A DNA stretch of 64,000 nt from an uncultured Chloroflexia bacterium (GCA_963765765.1 CAVXYC010000028.1:32001-96000); one strand, 5' to 3'. Positions 22,969-34,816 are shown, counted from the stretch's first letter. Notes: generated from the letters alone by a model not told the origin. Numbers and translations: made by a program.

Positions 22969-25559
22969 CTACCGTAGGCACGGATCGATCTCGGCCTCAG
23001 CCTGACGCGTAAGTGCGTAACAGACACTCTGAAGCCGTGCGGCGAACTCCCTCGGGGATTCGCCCTCGTCCAGGCGCAGCGGTGGCCCGAACGCAATCGC
23101 GAGTGGTCCGCGAGTGATGGAAACGGGGACTCCACCTATGACAAGGCCTTCATAGTGCTCCAGATGCGCCGGGCATGAGCCGCTCCGTTCCGGCAATGCC
23201 GAATGGGATCACATCGGCATCGAGTGACTCTGCGAGGTGCGACACGCCAGGTCGGAACTGTACCAGCGGGTCGTTGGCAATTTCGAGTGGTGGATCAGAG
23301 TGCGTACCCTGCGGAAAGATGAGCACGGCGCTGCCCTGCTGCATGAGCTTCGCAAGGCCCCGCAAGCTCGCATCGCGCTCGCCCATCTGGTTGAGCGGGT
23401 ATGTGCCGAAGGCAAGTACCCCAATCCAGGCAGCCGGACCAATGTCGGCTAGATTGGCCGCGCTGGCGACAACGACAAGCTTTTTCGCGAGACCACGAGC
23501 CGGCGTTGCAGCCAGTCCGTGCTGCACCAGATGGATGTCCGCGAAGCTATGGTGAGTGCCCGCGATGATGACCCTCGGCCCGATAGTCTTTAAATTCTCC
23601 CCGCCGAGGACGTGAGTCTTGGTGACACCAAATCTATAGACCAGGTGAAAGGGCAGGCCCAGCGTGCGAAAGGCGCGTCCCCAGCCATATGGCCAGAGCG
23701 GCGTGGCTCCGTTCCGTATTACGCCCGAGGTAGCGGCCGATGAGCCAGCCTGCTGGAGCATCGTTCGAATATCGGCCAGCGTCATATCGAGCCGGAGATC
23801 ACCATCGGCTACAGGTCGGCCCGTCTTTTCTTCAAGCGCGAGGGCTAGATCCACCAGTCCGAGGCTATCCATCCCGAGCTCGGCAAGCTGCTGCCCCTCA
23901 GCCACGGTGGCCACGCGGGCAGTGCCACGCACCGCCTGCGCGACCGGGTCATCACTGGCCGCCAGGGTATCCACTTCGATGTGTTGGTCGGGCGAAGGCA
24001 TCGGCAGCAGATGACGACGGACTTTCAGCGTTGGGGTGCGCGGAAAGTCGGCTTCCGGCCACCACGATGCGGTGGCAACGCGCTGATGCTGAGCGAGCGT
24101 GCCGTTTGCGCGGGCCACCAGGACCGATGGGTCTGCGTCCACACCCCCGGGCGCGCGAAGAAGATAGGCATGCAGCGTGGCGCCGCCACTGGCCGTGGGT
24201 ACCGCGATGACGCTGGCATCCTTCACCCCGGCCTGTAGACGTAGCGCGTCTTCAACATCCTGCGGCCAGACTTTCAGGCCCGATGGCAACACGATGAGCT
24301 CTTTGGCTCGACCGCTCAGGGAGATATTCCCCTCGGAGTCGATCGTCGCTAGGTCACCTGTGTGATACCAGCCATCTGTCAGGACTTCCGCCGTTCGCTC
24401 TGGGTCCCTCCAGTATCCGCGCATTACGTTTGGTCCGCGGACGAGCAGCTCACCTTCTGGGCTCAGTTGCACTTCAACACCACGGACAGGCCGACCAACG
24501 CTGCCAAGGGGTGTGGTGCCATCTGGTAATCCGCAAGCGATGACTGGCGAGCATTCGCTCGTACCGTATCCCTGGACGATGCGCACGCCCATGCGCTCCC
24601 AGAGCTCCTGCGTTTCCTTCGGTAGAGCGGCGCCGCCCGCGGCCATTAAACGCAGATGTCCACCAAGCTGTTGGTGGACTGGCCAGTAGACGTTCCGACG
24701 GGCGCTCATCGGCAAGCGCTTTGCCAATCGAGCGGCGTTGGCCACAACAGCGGCCGGCAGTTTAGCCGAGAGCTGGTCCTCGAGCGCCCGCCCCATGATG
24801 CTGAGAATCTGCGGCACGGCAATCATGTGCGTGACCCGCTGCTCCTGAAACACCCGCACGATGTCAGGTGCACGACGGCTCGGTATGTAATGAACGGCGG
24901 CGCCGCTGGCCAAGGGGTAAAGCATTCCACCCGTAAGCTCAAAGAGATGGGAAAGGGGCAGAATGCTTGCCAGTCGACAATGCTCGTCAATGGGGATGTT
25001 GTTTCGAACCGCATCCACCTGAGAACACAGATTGGCGTGGCTGATCATACAGCCCTTGGGATTGCCCGGTGGTCCCCGACGTGAACGCAATGACAGCAAG
25101 CTCTTCCGCTGGCAATGCCGGGCCATCGTCATTACGGTCGAGCTCGGTCGACGGCTCCCACCACTCCGTGGCTTCCAATCCGTTTGCCCACGTCGGCTTC
25201 TCGCCGAAGCCGACGATGATCAACCGAGGCTCGACAAGCTCCACGATGCGCGCAGCGGCATCCGAGTTCATCTCCCGATCGAACGGAACGACGATCGCGC
25301 CGAGCTTCCAGACCGCGAAGTAGTAGACAGGCGACCACCAGCTGCTGGGAACCCAGAGAATCACGCGATCGCCTTCCTGGACACCGCGGTCATTCAACTG
25401 CGATGCGAGGGCGTTGACTCGGTTCAGGAGCTGTTGGCTGGTGATTGTCTGCCAGATCAGACCGTGCTGACTGCCGAAGGCGACGGCATCCGGCAAGCGC
25501 TTGGCGCGCTGGGTGACGATTTCATAGAGATGTCTGTACACAGCCTTAGTCACCACCAA
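22969..25559 (-). CDS. Long-chain acyl-CoA/AMP ligase-ACP-acyltransferase (PlsC-like) fusion, frameshifted
   Basis: FTSGTTG, QGYGTSE, YHTGD, GMDSL carrier Ser, HHSFAD and IFPQGT acyltransferase motifs. Confidence 0.88.
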
Positions 25560-26015
25560 TCTTCAGCCGAAATCTCTGTCCGATGAATTCGTCGAGGGCA
25601 GCAGTCCGATGTCGTCACGCCGAGGTAACTGACCCTCGGGTCAGCGTGATCCCCGATTCTCGTTGCTGACCGCCGCCGCGCTCAATCGACATCGTCAGCG
25701 CGCGAGCGTGCTGTCGATTTTATAGTCAGCCGGACTCATGGCGCGCTCTCCCGAGCGAAATCGAGTCATAAACACCGTAACGGCCAATCCGCCGACCGCG
25801 CTCGCCGCCATCGCCACACTGGCGGCCACAGCCAGCGGCGTGCCTGCAAAGTCCGTTGGGCGGAATCCCGCGGTACCGCACATCGTCAGTGCACGCGCTG
25901 GCCTTGAACCAGTCACGGCCAGCGCACCGAAGCCGCTCAGAAGGCGGCCGGCCGTGGGGCGTTGGCATCAGATTGCTGTGCTACACTCGGCCGGGTTACA
26001 GGACAGGAGGAAGCT

Positions 26016-26909
26016 GTGATTGTTGGCGTAATTGGTCTTGGGAAAATGGGTCGGCCGATGGCCATTAACCTTCTCAAGGCCGGCTTTCAACTGGTCATAC
26101 ACAATCGCAGTCGAGCCGTCGTAGACGAGCTTGCGCAACAAGGCGCGACTCCCGCGAGCAGTGCGGCCGAGGTGGGTGAGAGATCCGATGTGGTTCTCAC
26201 GGTGCTGCCGACCCTCGATACAGTGGAGACGATATACCTCGGTGAAGAGGGCCTTGTATCGCGGGCGCGCTCAGGTCAAATTCTGATCGACCACAGCACT
26301 GTGAGTCCGTCCCTCAGTCGTCGCATCGCCGAGTCAGCGGAGGGAAAAGGCGCTGGTTTCCTGGACATACCCGTGTCTGGTGGTCCTGCTGGCGCCCAGG
26401 GGGGAACACTCACGATGATGGCCGGCGGGAAGCGTGAGACGTTCGATGCGGCGCAGCCGGTGCTCGCGGCGCTTGGGAAGAACATCCACTACTGTGGCCC
26501 CAGCGGCTCAGGTACCATCGTGAAACTCGTCAATCAGCTTCTGGTGGGTGTGCACACTGCCGCCGCCGCGGAAGCCCTTGTATTCGGGACCAAAGCGGGC
26601 GCAGATCCGCAAGTGCTTTTAGACGTTATTGGGACCAGTTTTGGTGGAAGCACCATGCTGAACCGCAATACACCGCTGGTGCTTCAGCGCAAGTTTCATC
26701 CGGCCACATCGATTCGGCTGATCCTCAAGGATCTTGGAGTCATCCGCGATCTCGGGGGCGAGCTGGACACGCGACTCCTTATGACATCACTCGCCGAGCA
26801 GCTTTTTATAGAAGCGCGCGGTTTGGGCTTCCAGGACAACGACATGAGCGCCATGGTATTGCCGCTGGAAAACATTGCCGGGATCGAAGTTCGCAGTCCA
26901 GGGTCCTGA
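26016..26909 (+). CDS. Beta-hydroxyacid dehydrogenase (3-hydroxyisobutyrate dehydrogenase / tartronate semialdehyde reductase family)
   Basis: IGLGKMG, DIPVSGG, VKLVNQ; GGAGG RBS. Confidence 0.92.
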   Translation: MIVGVIGLGKMGRPMAINLLKAGFQLVIHNRSRAVVDELAQQGATPASSAAEVGERSDVVLTVLPTLDTVETIYLGEEGLVSRARSGQILIDHSTVSPSLSRRIAESAEGKGAGFLDIPVSGGPAGAQGGTLTMMAGGKRETFDAAQPVLAALGKNIHYCGPSGSGTIVKLVNQLLVGVHTAAAAEALVFGTKAGADPQVLLDVIGTSFGGSTMLNRNTPLVLQRKFHPATSIRLILKDLGVIRDLGGELDTRLLMTSLAEQLFIEARGLGFQDNDMSAMVLPLENIAGIEVRSPGS

Positions 26910-27156
26910 GTCAACTCGCTGACTCCAGCACCGAAACGATCGAATTCGAAAGGGCCGCCGAGCCAGACGGCCTGGGCTTTCTGTCTTAGCCTTAGCGCCA
27001 TGCCACGGGCTTTCGGTCTACGGCGGCAGTCAACACTCCCGCGCCGTCCTCAGGCTCAGCATGCAATCCCGTTCCGACTCCCATGCAGGTTCGTCGGATA
27101 GCAGGGATTCTCGCGACGAAATACCTTGCTTGTCCAACGCGTGGTCCCGGCCTACT

Positions 27157-27705
27157 TTAAACGGGCAGCACGATACAGAATTGAACGGCCGTAAAATACC
27201 GCCGAGCAACGACCAATCCTCTTAGCGAATGATTGGCTCCACGTGACGGGGCCCAGGCGTCATTGGCCTTTGCGATACAGCACGGTCGAAGTGAGGGCAG
27301 CTCATCCTGCGAGAAGTAACGCCACTCCAGCATCTCGTCGTCGTCAGGGCGTGCGATCCCATTGAGGACCTGGCATTCAAAGAATAGGACGACGTATTGA
27401 GTGTGGTCGTCGTTGGGATAGGTCACCGCGAATTCGGGTTCCGAATACACGCCAATAAGTCGTCGGATGTCTACATCAAGCCCCGCTTCTTCCAGGACTT
27501 CGCGACGGAGAGCTTCCGAGATGTTCTTGCCGGGCTCCATGGCTCCACCGGGGAATCCCTAGATCGCGTCGTCTACTACGTCAGACCGGCGCCCAAGCAG
27601 CACTCGGCCAGCGGCGGCGATTTTCGCCGCCGCCGCTCCAACGGCAATAAGCGTGTCATGACCGATGAGGTCGCGAAGACGAAGAATGTGAGGTGGAATA
27701 GGCAT
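27157..27705 (-). pseudogene. NUDIX hydrolase with in-frame TAG at 27559-27561
   Basis: MPIPPHILRLRDLIGH...I*GFPGGAMEPGKNISEALRREVLEEAG; TAG sits where Trp is expected. Confidence 0.75.
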
Positions 27706-27834
27706 ACCGATCCCGCCTGATGCGACGCACACCGGTCACCGCAACCTCAGTTTTCAACGATGGCCGCCTGGCTCGCTTCGGTGGCATGATGATCGAGCGC
27801 GCCCGAGCATCATAAGCGTCGACGCGGAAATTTT

Positions 27835-29988
27835 GTGGAACTAGCAATCAACGAAGGCACGACCTTCCTCATCGTCAACCGACCCGGAAACGTGCAACCC
27901 GGGACCGAGTATGGACTCTATAGTCGGGACATTCGGTTCCTTTCACACTATGAGCTAAGCCTGTCTGGACTTCAGCTCATCACGCTCACGGCGCGGCTCG
28001 TGGATCATCAGCGGTCAGTTCACGTCCTGACGAACCCACATTTTGGGGATTGGCCTCAGGGTAGTTTCGTCGTCACCCGAACGCGCACCGTGGATCACGG
28101 GCTCCATGAGGAGCTCGAGATTGCCAGCTTCCTGGATCAGTACATCAATCTCGAATTGAATATGGCGTTCGAGGCAGACTTCGCTCACATCTTTCAAGTA
28201 CGGGGGCACATTGGCGACGATCCGCCTCCCACGAACGGCTCGGATGCTCTGGTGGGCTCAGACATCCCGTCCGATCCAAGCCGGCTCCTTTTGTCGATTC
28301 CCGATCGACATCCCGGTTGGATGACGGAGATTCGATTCTCGATTCCTCCTGAGCCGCAAGACCCGCCCCACCGTCCCGTCTGGAGGCTCGGTTTGCCCGG
28401 CCGCGGTATTACCCGCCTGAGTCTTGACTTCATTCTTCATCAACCCAATGAGGCCCCCCGTTATCCACGACGACGGTCAGGTGATCTGAATCGCGCTCAG
28501 AATACGCTGGTTCAAGCCGAGGCGCAGTTTGTCAATGAAGCGCCCCAGCTCGAGACTGACTCCTTTCCGCTCAAGCAGTCCTACGATCGGGCGCTGCGGG
28601 ATCTTGCTGCCCTACGACTCAAAGGAGAAGATGTCGCGGAGCACGCGAATGCCGTGGCAGCCGGAATCCCGTGGTTCATGGCGCTCTTTGGACGCGACGC
28701 GCTCATCACCGGTTATCAAACGCTCCCGTATCTACCGGGCGTCTCTGAAGGGGCACTCAGAGCACTTGCTCAGCTGCAAGGCGAACGTGTTGATCCGACG
28801 ACGCAGGAAGAGCCGGGGAAGATCCTTCATGAATATCGATCCGATTCGTCCCCCGGACATGAGGCCCTGATTCCGCATTTCCCGTATTACGGGACCATCG
28901 ATGCAACTCCACTCTTTCTCATGCAGATTCGGGAGCACTTTCGGTGGACCGGGGACCTCGAGATGGTTCGTGAGCTCTGGCCGGCTGCCTTGCGTGCCCT
29001 GGAGTGGATGGACCGCTACGGGGATGATGATGGCGATGGTTACATCGAGTACATCCGTAGAGGAGCGCATGGCCTCCAGAATCAAGGGTGGAAGGACTCC
29101 TGGGACTCAATTCGATTCTCTGATGGTCGTCTTGCTGAGCCGCCGATCGCGCTCTGTGAGGTTCAGGGGTACGCTTATGCAGCGCGCTTGGGCATGGCCG
29201 AACTGGCCGAGCTTCTCGACGACAACGATCTCGCAAATTCAGAGCGTCTCAAAGCAAAAAAGCTTCGAGAAAGGTTCAATCTAGACTTCTGGATGAATGC
29301 TCGTTCAACCTACGCGCTGGCCCTAGACGGGCAGAAGCGCCAGGTAGACAGCATCGCTTCAAACGCCGGCCATGCGCTCTGGTCTGGCATCGCCGACAGC
29401 CACCGCGCAGAGGAAGTCGTCAAACAGCTCATGTCCCCAGCTATGTGCTCCGGTTGGGGTGTGCGGACAATGGGGTCAGATGAAGGTGGTTACAACCCGA
29501 TTGGATATCACACGGGAACCGTCTGGCCTCATGACACGGCGCTCATCGCCGACGGCTTTCGACGCTACGGGTACTTCCATGAGGCGAATATTTTGGTTGA
29601 GTCGGTGTTTGCAGCGGCTGAGCGATTTGAGCTCTATCGGCTGCCCGAGCTTTACGGTGGCTATCCGCGAGCTGACTTTGGGTTCCCGATCGAGTATCCC
29701 ACCGCTTGCAGCCCTCAAGCATGGGCGGCCGGCGCTATCCCACTACTACTCACAACAATGCTGGGCCTCCGGGCAGACGTACAACAGCGACGAATTGAGA
29801 TCCGGCCAATGCTTCCACCGCTCTCGGACACCATCAATTACCTTCGGCTGAGCGGCATTCGCGTGGGGTCCAGCGAGCTGGACGTAGAAGTGCGCAACGT
29901 AAATGGCGAGGTGCGCACCACTCTTCGGAAGGTGCCTCGGGGATTCAAGGTCGAGGGCAGTGTGTTCCACTGGAGTCTATTCTGGTGA
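27835..29988 (+). CDS. Amylo-alpha-1,6-glucosidase-like protein with glycogen-debranching N-terminal domain
   Basis: AGIPWFMALFGRD, NQGWKDS, YHTGTVWPHD, RLPELY, PQAWA. Confidence 0.92.
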   Translation: MELAINEGTTFLIVNRPGNVQPGTEYGLYSRDIRFLSHYELSLSGLQLITLTARLVDHQRSVHVLTNPHFGDWPQGSFVVTRTRTVDHGLHEELEIASFLDQYINLELNMAFEADFAHIFQVRGHIGDDPPPTNGSDALVGSDIPSDPSRLLLSIPDRHPGWMTEIRFSIPPEPQDPPHRPVWRLGLPGRGITRLSLDFILHQPNEAPRYPRRRSGDLNRAQNTLVQAEAQFVNEAPQLETDSFPLKQSYDRALRDLAALRLKGEDVAEHANAVAAGIPWFMALFGRDALITGYQTLPYLPGVSEGALRALAQLQGERVDPTTQEEPGKILHEYRSDSSPGHEALIPHFPYYGTIDATPLFLMQIREHFRWTGDLEMVRELWPAALRALEWMDRYGDDDGDGYIEYIRRGAHGLQNQGWKDSWDSIRFSDGRLAEPPIALCEVQGYAYAARLGMAELAELLDDNDLANSERLKAKKLRERFNLDFWMNARSTYALALDGQKRQVDSIASNAGHALWSGIADSHRAEEVVKQLMSPAMCSGWGVRTMGSDEGGYNPIGYHTGTVWPHDTALIADGFRRYGYFHEANILVESVFAAAERFELYRLPELYGGYPRADFGFPIEYPTACSPQAWAAGAIPLLLTTMLGLRADVQQRRIEIRPMLPPLSDTINYLRLSGIRVGSSELDVEVRNVNGEVRTTLRKVPRGFKVEGSVFHWSLFW

Positions 29989-29995
29989 AGGGACT

Positions 29996-30448
29996 TTGAA
30001 TCTCAGCGAGGCGCTTCTTGCCTGCTTCGGCGGGGTCGTTGGAGCCTATGTGCAAGCGATCGCGGGCTACTGGCTGGAGGGTTTTCGCGGCCTCCCCCGC
30101 TTCGACATTGCGGAGACAGGCAAGCGCTATCTGGGTGGCGAAAAGACTGGCTGGTGGGTTGTGGGCATCACCTTTCACCTTGCCAACGGGGCGTTGCTGG
30201 GACTTCTTTACTCAGCCACCTTGAAGCCAGTCGTGATGACGTGGCTGGGCGTCGGTATTCTTAGCGGCATTGCCGGCGGGCTCGTCTTTGGATCACTCGT
30301 CTGGTTAGTTTTGATGAACCTTGTCGTGTTTCCGCTTTCCGGAGCTGGAATCTTCGGCCTGAACGCCGGATCATCTCGCCTCAGTCTTGTGACGCTGATC
30401 CTTCATCTCGCCTTTGGTGCGGTGCTAGGAGCTATTGTGAGGTCCTGA
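29996..30448 (+). CDS. 4-TM membrane protein (DUF6789/DUF2938-like)
   Basis: FHLANG and LHLAFG His-containing helices. Confidence 0.65.
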   Translation: MNLSEALLACFGGVVGAYVQAIAGYWLEGFRGLPRFDIAETGKRYLGGEKTGWWVVGITFHLANGALLGLLYSATLKPVVMTWLGVGILSGIAGGLVFGSLVWLVLMNLVVFPLSGAGIFGLNAGSSRLSLVTLILHLAFGAVLGAIVRS

Positions 30449-30630
30449 GCACCCTCTGAGCAGTTCGAGCCCTCACTTCCAGGACACTCCGCCGCTGCGA
30501 GTCATCCTTCACCAGGATCTCGAGCGTGGGCTGCCCCTGGCCGGAGGCCGTCGAAATGAGTCCAGAACCCAGATGTTCCGAGCACCATCCCACGGCGAGA
30601 ATGGTACGTGGGATTCACGTTGGTCTCCAT
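30432..30630 (-). CDS. Possible small hypothetical protein (needs one indel correction)
   Basis: GAGAG-ATG, open reading ILAVGWCSEHL...LEILVKDD in the adjacent frame. Confidence 0.25.
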
Positions 30631-31005
30631 CTCTCACAGTTAGCAATCGCCACAAGTAAGAAGCTGGCTTCGAATGAATGCGTGGGCCTAATCAGCCGAC
30701 TCGGCGCACGGGACGGCACGGGCACGCTGCGAGGATTGACTCGTGCGCAAAAACGGGCTCTTTTTTACCTTTCATCGCCAACTGTGATGGCTCGGCGATA
30801 CGGACGCCATGCATACGCATAAGCGTGTTCGGACGGATCACCTATGCCTTAGCTTCGGCGAACGACGATTGACTCTCAGCCACCGGGGGGTGATAGTAGG
30901 AGAGGCATGTACCAATCTCCCGTAACGTAGTTCGGGACCGCTCGTTGTACCGGCAATAACTTCAGAATTACCCCACCACCCGGATTCGGGAGGGAGTTAT
31001 CAGGA

Positions 31006-32412
31006 ATGGCTCGTCCAGCAAACATCGGTGAGCTTCGCGAGAGTGGCTATCGTCCGCTCAGCGTCAAGCAGGAGATGCGCAAAAACCTCATTCAGCGACT
31101 TCAACACGGTCAGACCTTGTTTGAAGGAATCGTTGGTTATGAGGAAACGGTCCTACCGCAGGTCGAAAATGCCGTTCTAGCCGGGCAGGACGTGGTCTTC
31201 CTGGGTGAACGCGGCCAGGCGAAGACACGTATGGCTCGAGCGCTCGTCGAGCTCCTCGACGATGAAGTTCCTGTCATCGAGGGAAGCGAGGTCAACGATG
31301 AGCCCCTCGCCCCGATCTCCGAATTTGGAAGACGCACGGTAGAGGAGCTCGGCGACAAGACGCCCATTGCCTGGATCGGCCGAGACCGCCGATATGGCGA
31401 GAAACTGGCGACACCGGACATTACGATCGCTGACCTCATTGGTGAGGTTGACCCTATCAAAGTGGCCGAGGGTCGTTATCTGTCCGATGAGCTCACGATC
31501 CATTTCGGGCTGCTGCCTCGCACCAATCGCGGCATCTTCGTGCTCAATGAGCTTCCAGATCTGGCAGAACGGATCCAAGTTGGCTTGCTCAATATCATGG
31601 AAGAGCGCGACGTTCAGATTCGCGGCTATAAGGTGCGCCTGCCACTCGATCTCTTTGTCGTAGCCAGCGCGAACCCAGAGGACTACACCAATCGCGGACG
31701 CATCATCACTCCGCTGAAGGACCGTTTCGGAGCTCAGATCCGCACGCACTACCCGCATACTATCGAGCACGAGATCGCCATCATGGAACAGGAGCGAACG
31801 AGCTTCGAGGAAGACGGGTTCAACACGGTCGTCCCGGACTACATCAAAGAGATCCTGGCGGAGATCACCCACCTGGCTCGACGATCTTCGGACATTTCCC
31901 AACGATCCGGCGTGAGCGTACGTGTCTCCATTTGTAACTATGAGACTGTGCTGTCCGCCGCTCTGAAGCGATCCATCCGCCTGCGCGAGGCGCAGGTCAC
32001 TCCACGAGTCAGCGATTTGACCGCTCTAGTGACATCCACAGCCGGCAAAATCGAGCTCGACTCGGTCGGTGAGGGTACTGAAGAGAAGGTCATCGATAAG
32101 CTGATCCAACGCGCGGTGCTCAATGTCTTCAATCGGCACATGAACGTGACTGAGATGCAGGAGCTCATCCAGAGCTTCGATCGCGGTCTGCACATCGAGG
32201 TCGCCCCGGACATGCCGTCATTGGAGTACATGGCGCAGGCTTCCGAGGTTGCCGGGCTCTCGCCGGCAATGAGCCGACTGGGCGCCGCGGGGAACCCATC
32301 GTCCGTCGCATCAGCCATGGAGTTTGTGCTGGAAGGCCTGCATTTGAGCAGGAAGCTAAACAAGGACCGGACGCAAGGCAGCGCCGCTGGGCGCTTCCGC
32401 TACGGGAGCTAA
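31006..32412 (+). CDS. AAA+ ATPase, ChlI/MoxR-related (magnesium-chelatase-like family)
   Basis: GERGQAKT Walker A, VLNELPDL Walker B, ASANPEDYTNRG. Confidence 0.92.
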   Translation: MARPANIGELRESGYRPLSVKQEMRKNLIQRLQHGQTLFEGIVGYEETVLPQVENAVLAGQDVVFLGERGQAKTRMARALVELLDDEVPVIEGSEVNDEPLAPISEFGRRTVEELGDKTPIAWIGRDRRYGEKLATPDITIADLIGEVDPIKVAEGRYLSDELTIHFGLLPRTNRGIFVLNELPDLAERIQVGLLNIMEERDVQIRGYKVRLPLDLFVVASANPEDYTNRGRIITPLKDRFGAQIRTHYPHTIEHEIAIMEQERTSFEEDGFNTVVPDYIKEILAEITHLARRSSDISQRSGVSVRVSICNYETVLSAALKRSIRLREAQVTPRVSDLTALVTSTAGKIELDSVGEGTEEKVIDKLIQRAVLNVFNRHMNVTEMQELIQSFDRGLHIEVAPDMPSLEYMAQASEVAGLSPAMSRLGAAGNPSSVASAMEFVLEGLHLSRKLNKDRTQGSAAGRFRYGS

Positions 32413-32415
32413 CAC

Positions 32416-34426
32416 ATGCTTTTCCGCTACTCGCGGTGGGACGGAACGCAACAGCTCGCAGAGCTGGACGCTGACGACCTCATGGATGCCATGGCCGACG
32501 ATCTGCTCGCCGATGGCGACATGGAGCGCGCAGTCCAACGCCTCTTCCGTTGGGGTACGCAAGATCGCGAAGGGCACCGAGTCGATGGCCTACGCGATCT
32601 ACTCGAGCAGCTTCGCCAGCAGCGCAAGAATCAGCTCGAACGCCATGATATGGATTCGCTCATGCAGGACCTCCAGGAGCGGCTAGAGAAGGTCAAGCAA
32701 ACTGAGCGCGAGGGCATCGAGAAGCGCGTTCAATCCGGTCGTGAAAAGACGCAACAAGACTCGGACAATAGTGCGCTTCAACAGATGCTGGAGAAGCTGG
32801 CCGATCAGAAACGAGAGTTTCTCGATCGGCTGCCAGACAGTCCCGCCGGGTCAATCCGAGAGCTTCGCGACTATGACTTCATGGATCCCGACGCGCGTCA
32901 GCAATTCCAGGAGCTGATGGACATGCTGCAGCAGCAAATGATGCAGCAACAGATCCAGGGTATGCAGCAATCGCTCCAATCTATGACCCCGGAACAGATG
33001 CAGGGCCTGCGCTCCATGATGCGCGACCTCAACGAGATGCTTCGAGAGAAGCTTGATGGTGGCGAGCCCGATTTTCAGAAGTTCCAGGAAAAGTGGGGCG
33101 ACGCTTTCCCAAACGCAAATTCACTTGACGAGCTCATTGAAGAGATGCAGCGTCGCAACGCGCAGCTTCAGTCGCTCCTGCAATCCATGTCGGCTGAGCA
33201 ACGTCGCGAGCTCGAAGACATGATGCAGTCGCTCATGCAGGATCCTGGGCTCCAGCATGAGATGTCTGAGCTGGCTATGAACCTCGAGCTGCTATCTCCC
33301 AATCAGCGGTCAAGTCAGGGCTATCCATTCTCCGGCGATGAGCCGGTGACCCTTGAAGAAGCCATGCAGCTCATGCAGGAACTGCAGAAGATGGATGAGC
33401 TGGAACGTGAGCTACGGCGCGCCGAGGAGTCGGCGCAAGTCGATAAGGTCGACGCTGAGCGCGTTCAGGAGCTGCTGGGAGATGAAGCCGCGGAGACGCT
33501 CAGGCAGCTCCAGCAGATCACCAAGGTGCTTCAGGAAGCCGGCTGACCTCGAGCAAGAAGGGGATGAGCTTACGCTGACTCCGCGAGCTATTCGGCGCAT
33601 CGGTCAAAAGGCGCTAAAGGATATTTTCGCCACTCTGCGTCACAATCGATTCGGCAACCACGAAACTGATTTCCGAGGTGCTGGAACCGACCGCGTGGAC
33701 GAGACAAAGGTCTACGAGTTTGGCGATCCGTTCCTCGTCGATATTCGACAAACACTCATGAACGCGGTCCAGCACAACGGACCGATGGTCCCGCAGCGAC
33801 TCGATCCGCGCGACTTTGAGGTTTACCGGACGGAGCATCTGACGGAGTGCTCCACGGTCCTTATGGTGGACATGAGTCGATCAATGATTCTGCGCGGATG
33901 CTTCCTTGCAGCAAAGAAGGTGGCTCTTGCACTAAACAGCCTCATCAAGGGCCAGTATCCTCGCGACAACCTGTACATCATTGGTTTTTCTCTGTTTGCC
34001 AAGGAGCTCAAGGCTGAATCGCTACCCACGCTCACCTGGAACGAGTGGGTCTATGGCACAAACATGCAGCATGGGTTCATGCTGGCCCGCCAGCTTCTTT
34101 CGCGACACAAGGGTGGCAATCGTCAGGTGATCATGATTACCGACGGGGAGCCCACAGCTCACTTTGAGCCCGGTCAAACCTACCCCGAGTTCGCCTACCC
34201 GCCGACCTATCGCACGATTCAGGAGACCCTTCGGGAAGTTGCCCGCTGTACTCGAGACAAGGTCACCATTAATACGTTTATGCTCGAGCGTAGTCACATG
34301 TTGATGAGCTTCGTTGAGCAGATGACGCAGATCAATCAAGGACGAGCCTTCTATGCGGCCCCCGAACGGCTCGGCGAGTACATTCTGGTGGATTACGTCA
34401 AACAAAAGCGCAAAGTTGTGGCCTGA
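32416..34426 (+). CDS. VWA-domain protein with long helical N-terminus (frameshift ~33543)
   Basis: FRYSRWDG start, DMSRS MIDAS, ITDGEPT; partner of the AAA ATPase. Confidence 0.9.
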
Positions 34427-34519
34427 CCAACGCCGGCCTCGCTGTGCCGAATTCGTTATCCCCATGCTCTTGCGTCAGGTTCGGGGAACAGCTAAGCTTC
34501 GGCGGCGGGTGGAGATATA

Positions 34520-34747
34520 GTGACGGAGACGATGATGCCGCTCGGAAATCGTGGTGCAACGTGGCAGTCATCGCCGTCAACTTTGCAGCGCGAAGCCCAG
34601 ACCGCGGTGGCAATAGCGTCCGCGGTGGCTGTGGCGGCGCTGGCCATGGGCGTTAGTCACGTCGTCGCTCGATTGCGAGAGCGCAGACGAAGTCACAGCA
34701 TCTCTAATCAGCTACTCTCCCAGGTGTTTCCGAGCGGATTGAAGTAG
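34520..34747 (+). CDS. Small single-TM hypothetical protein
   Basis: Ala/Val hydrophobic helix followed by RERRR; GGAG upstream. Confidence 0.4.
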   Translation: MTETMMPLGNRGATWQSSPSTLQREAQTAVAIASAVAVAALAMGVSHVVARLRERRRSHSISNQLLSQVFPSGLK

Positions 34748-34816
34748 CGATCTGTTCCCCGGGCAGCCGACACATTGTGGTCTGGCACCAGATTCCCGGT
34801 TAAGATTCAACGCAGC

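Noticed and set aside
25695-25968. Short ORFs in the 25.6-26.0 kb gap
   Set aside because: No recognisable motif or convincing RBS; overlapping alternatives on both strands.
27559-27561. Amber recoding (pyrrolysine/readthrough)
   Set aside because: Single instance, one substitution away from TGG; TAG is used as a normal stop by many genes in the window.
31006-32412. True Mg-chelatase / phototrophy
   Set aside because: No bchH/bchD or pigment genes nearby; the sequence fits the non-photosynthetic AAA-VWA subfamily.
33530-33560. Programmed frameshift in the VWA gene (and other split genes)
   Set aside because: No slippery heptamer or stimulatory structure; indels occur throughout the window.
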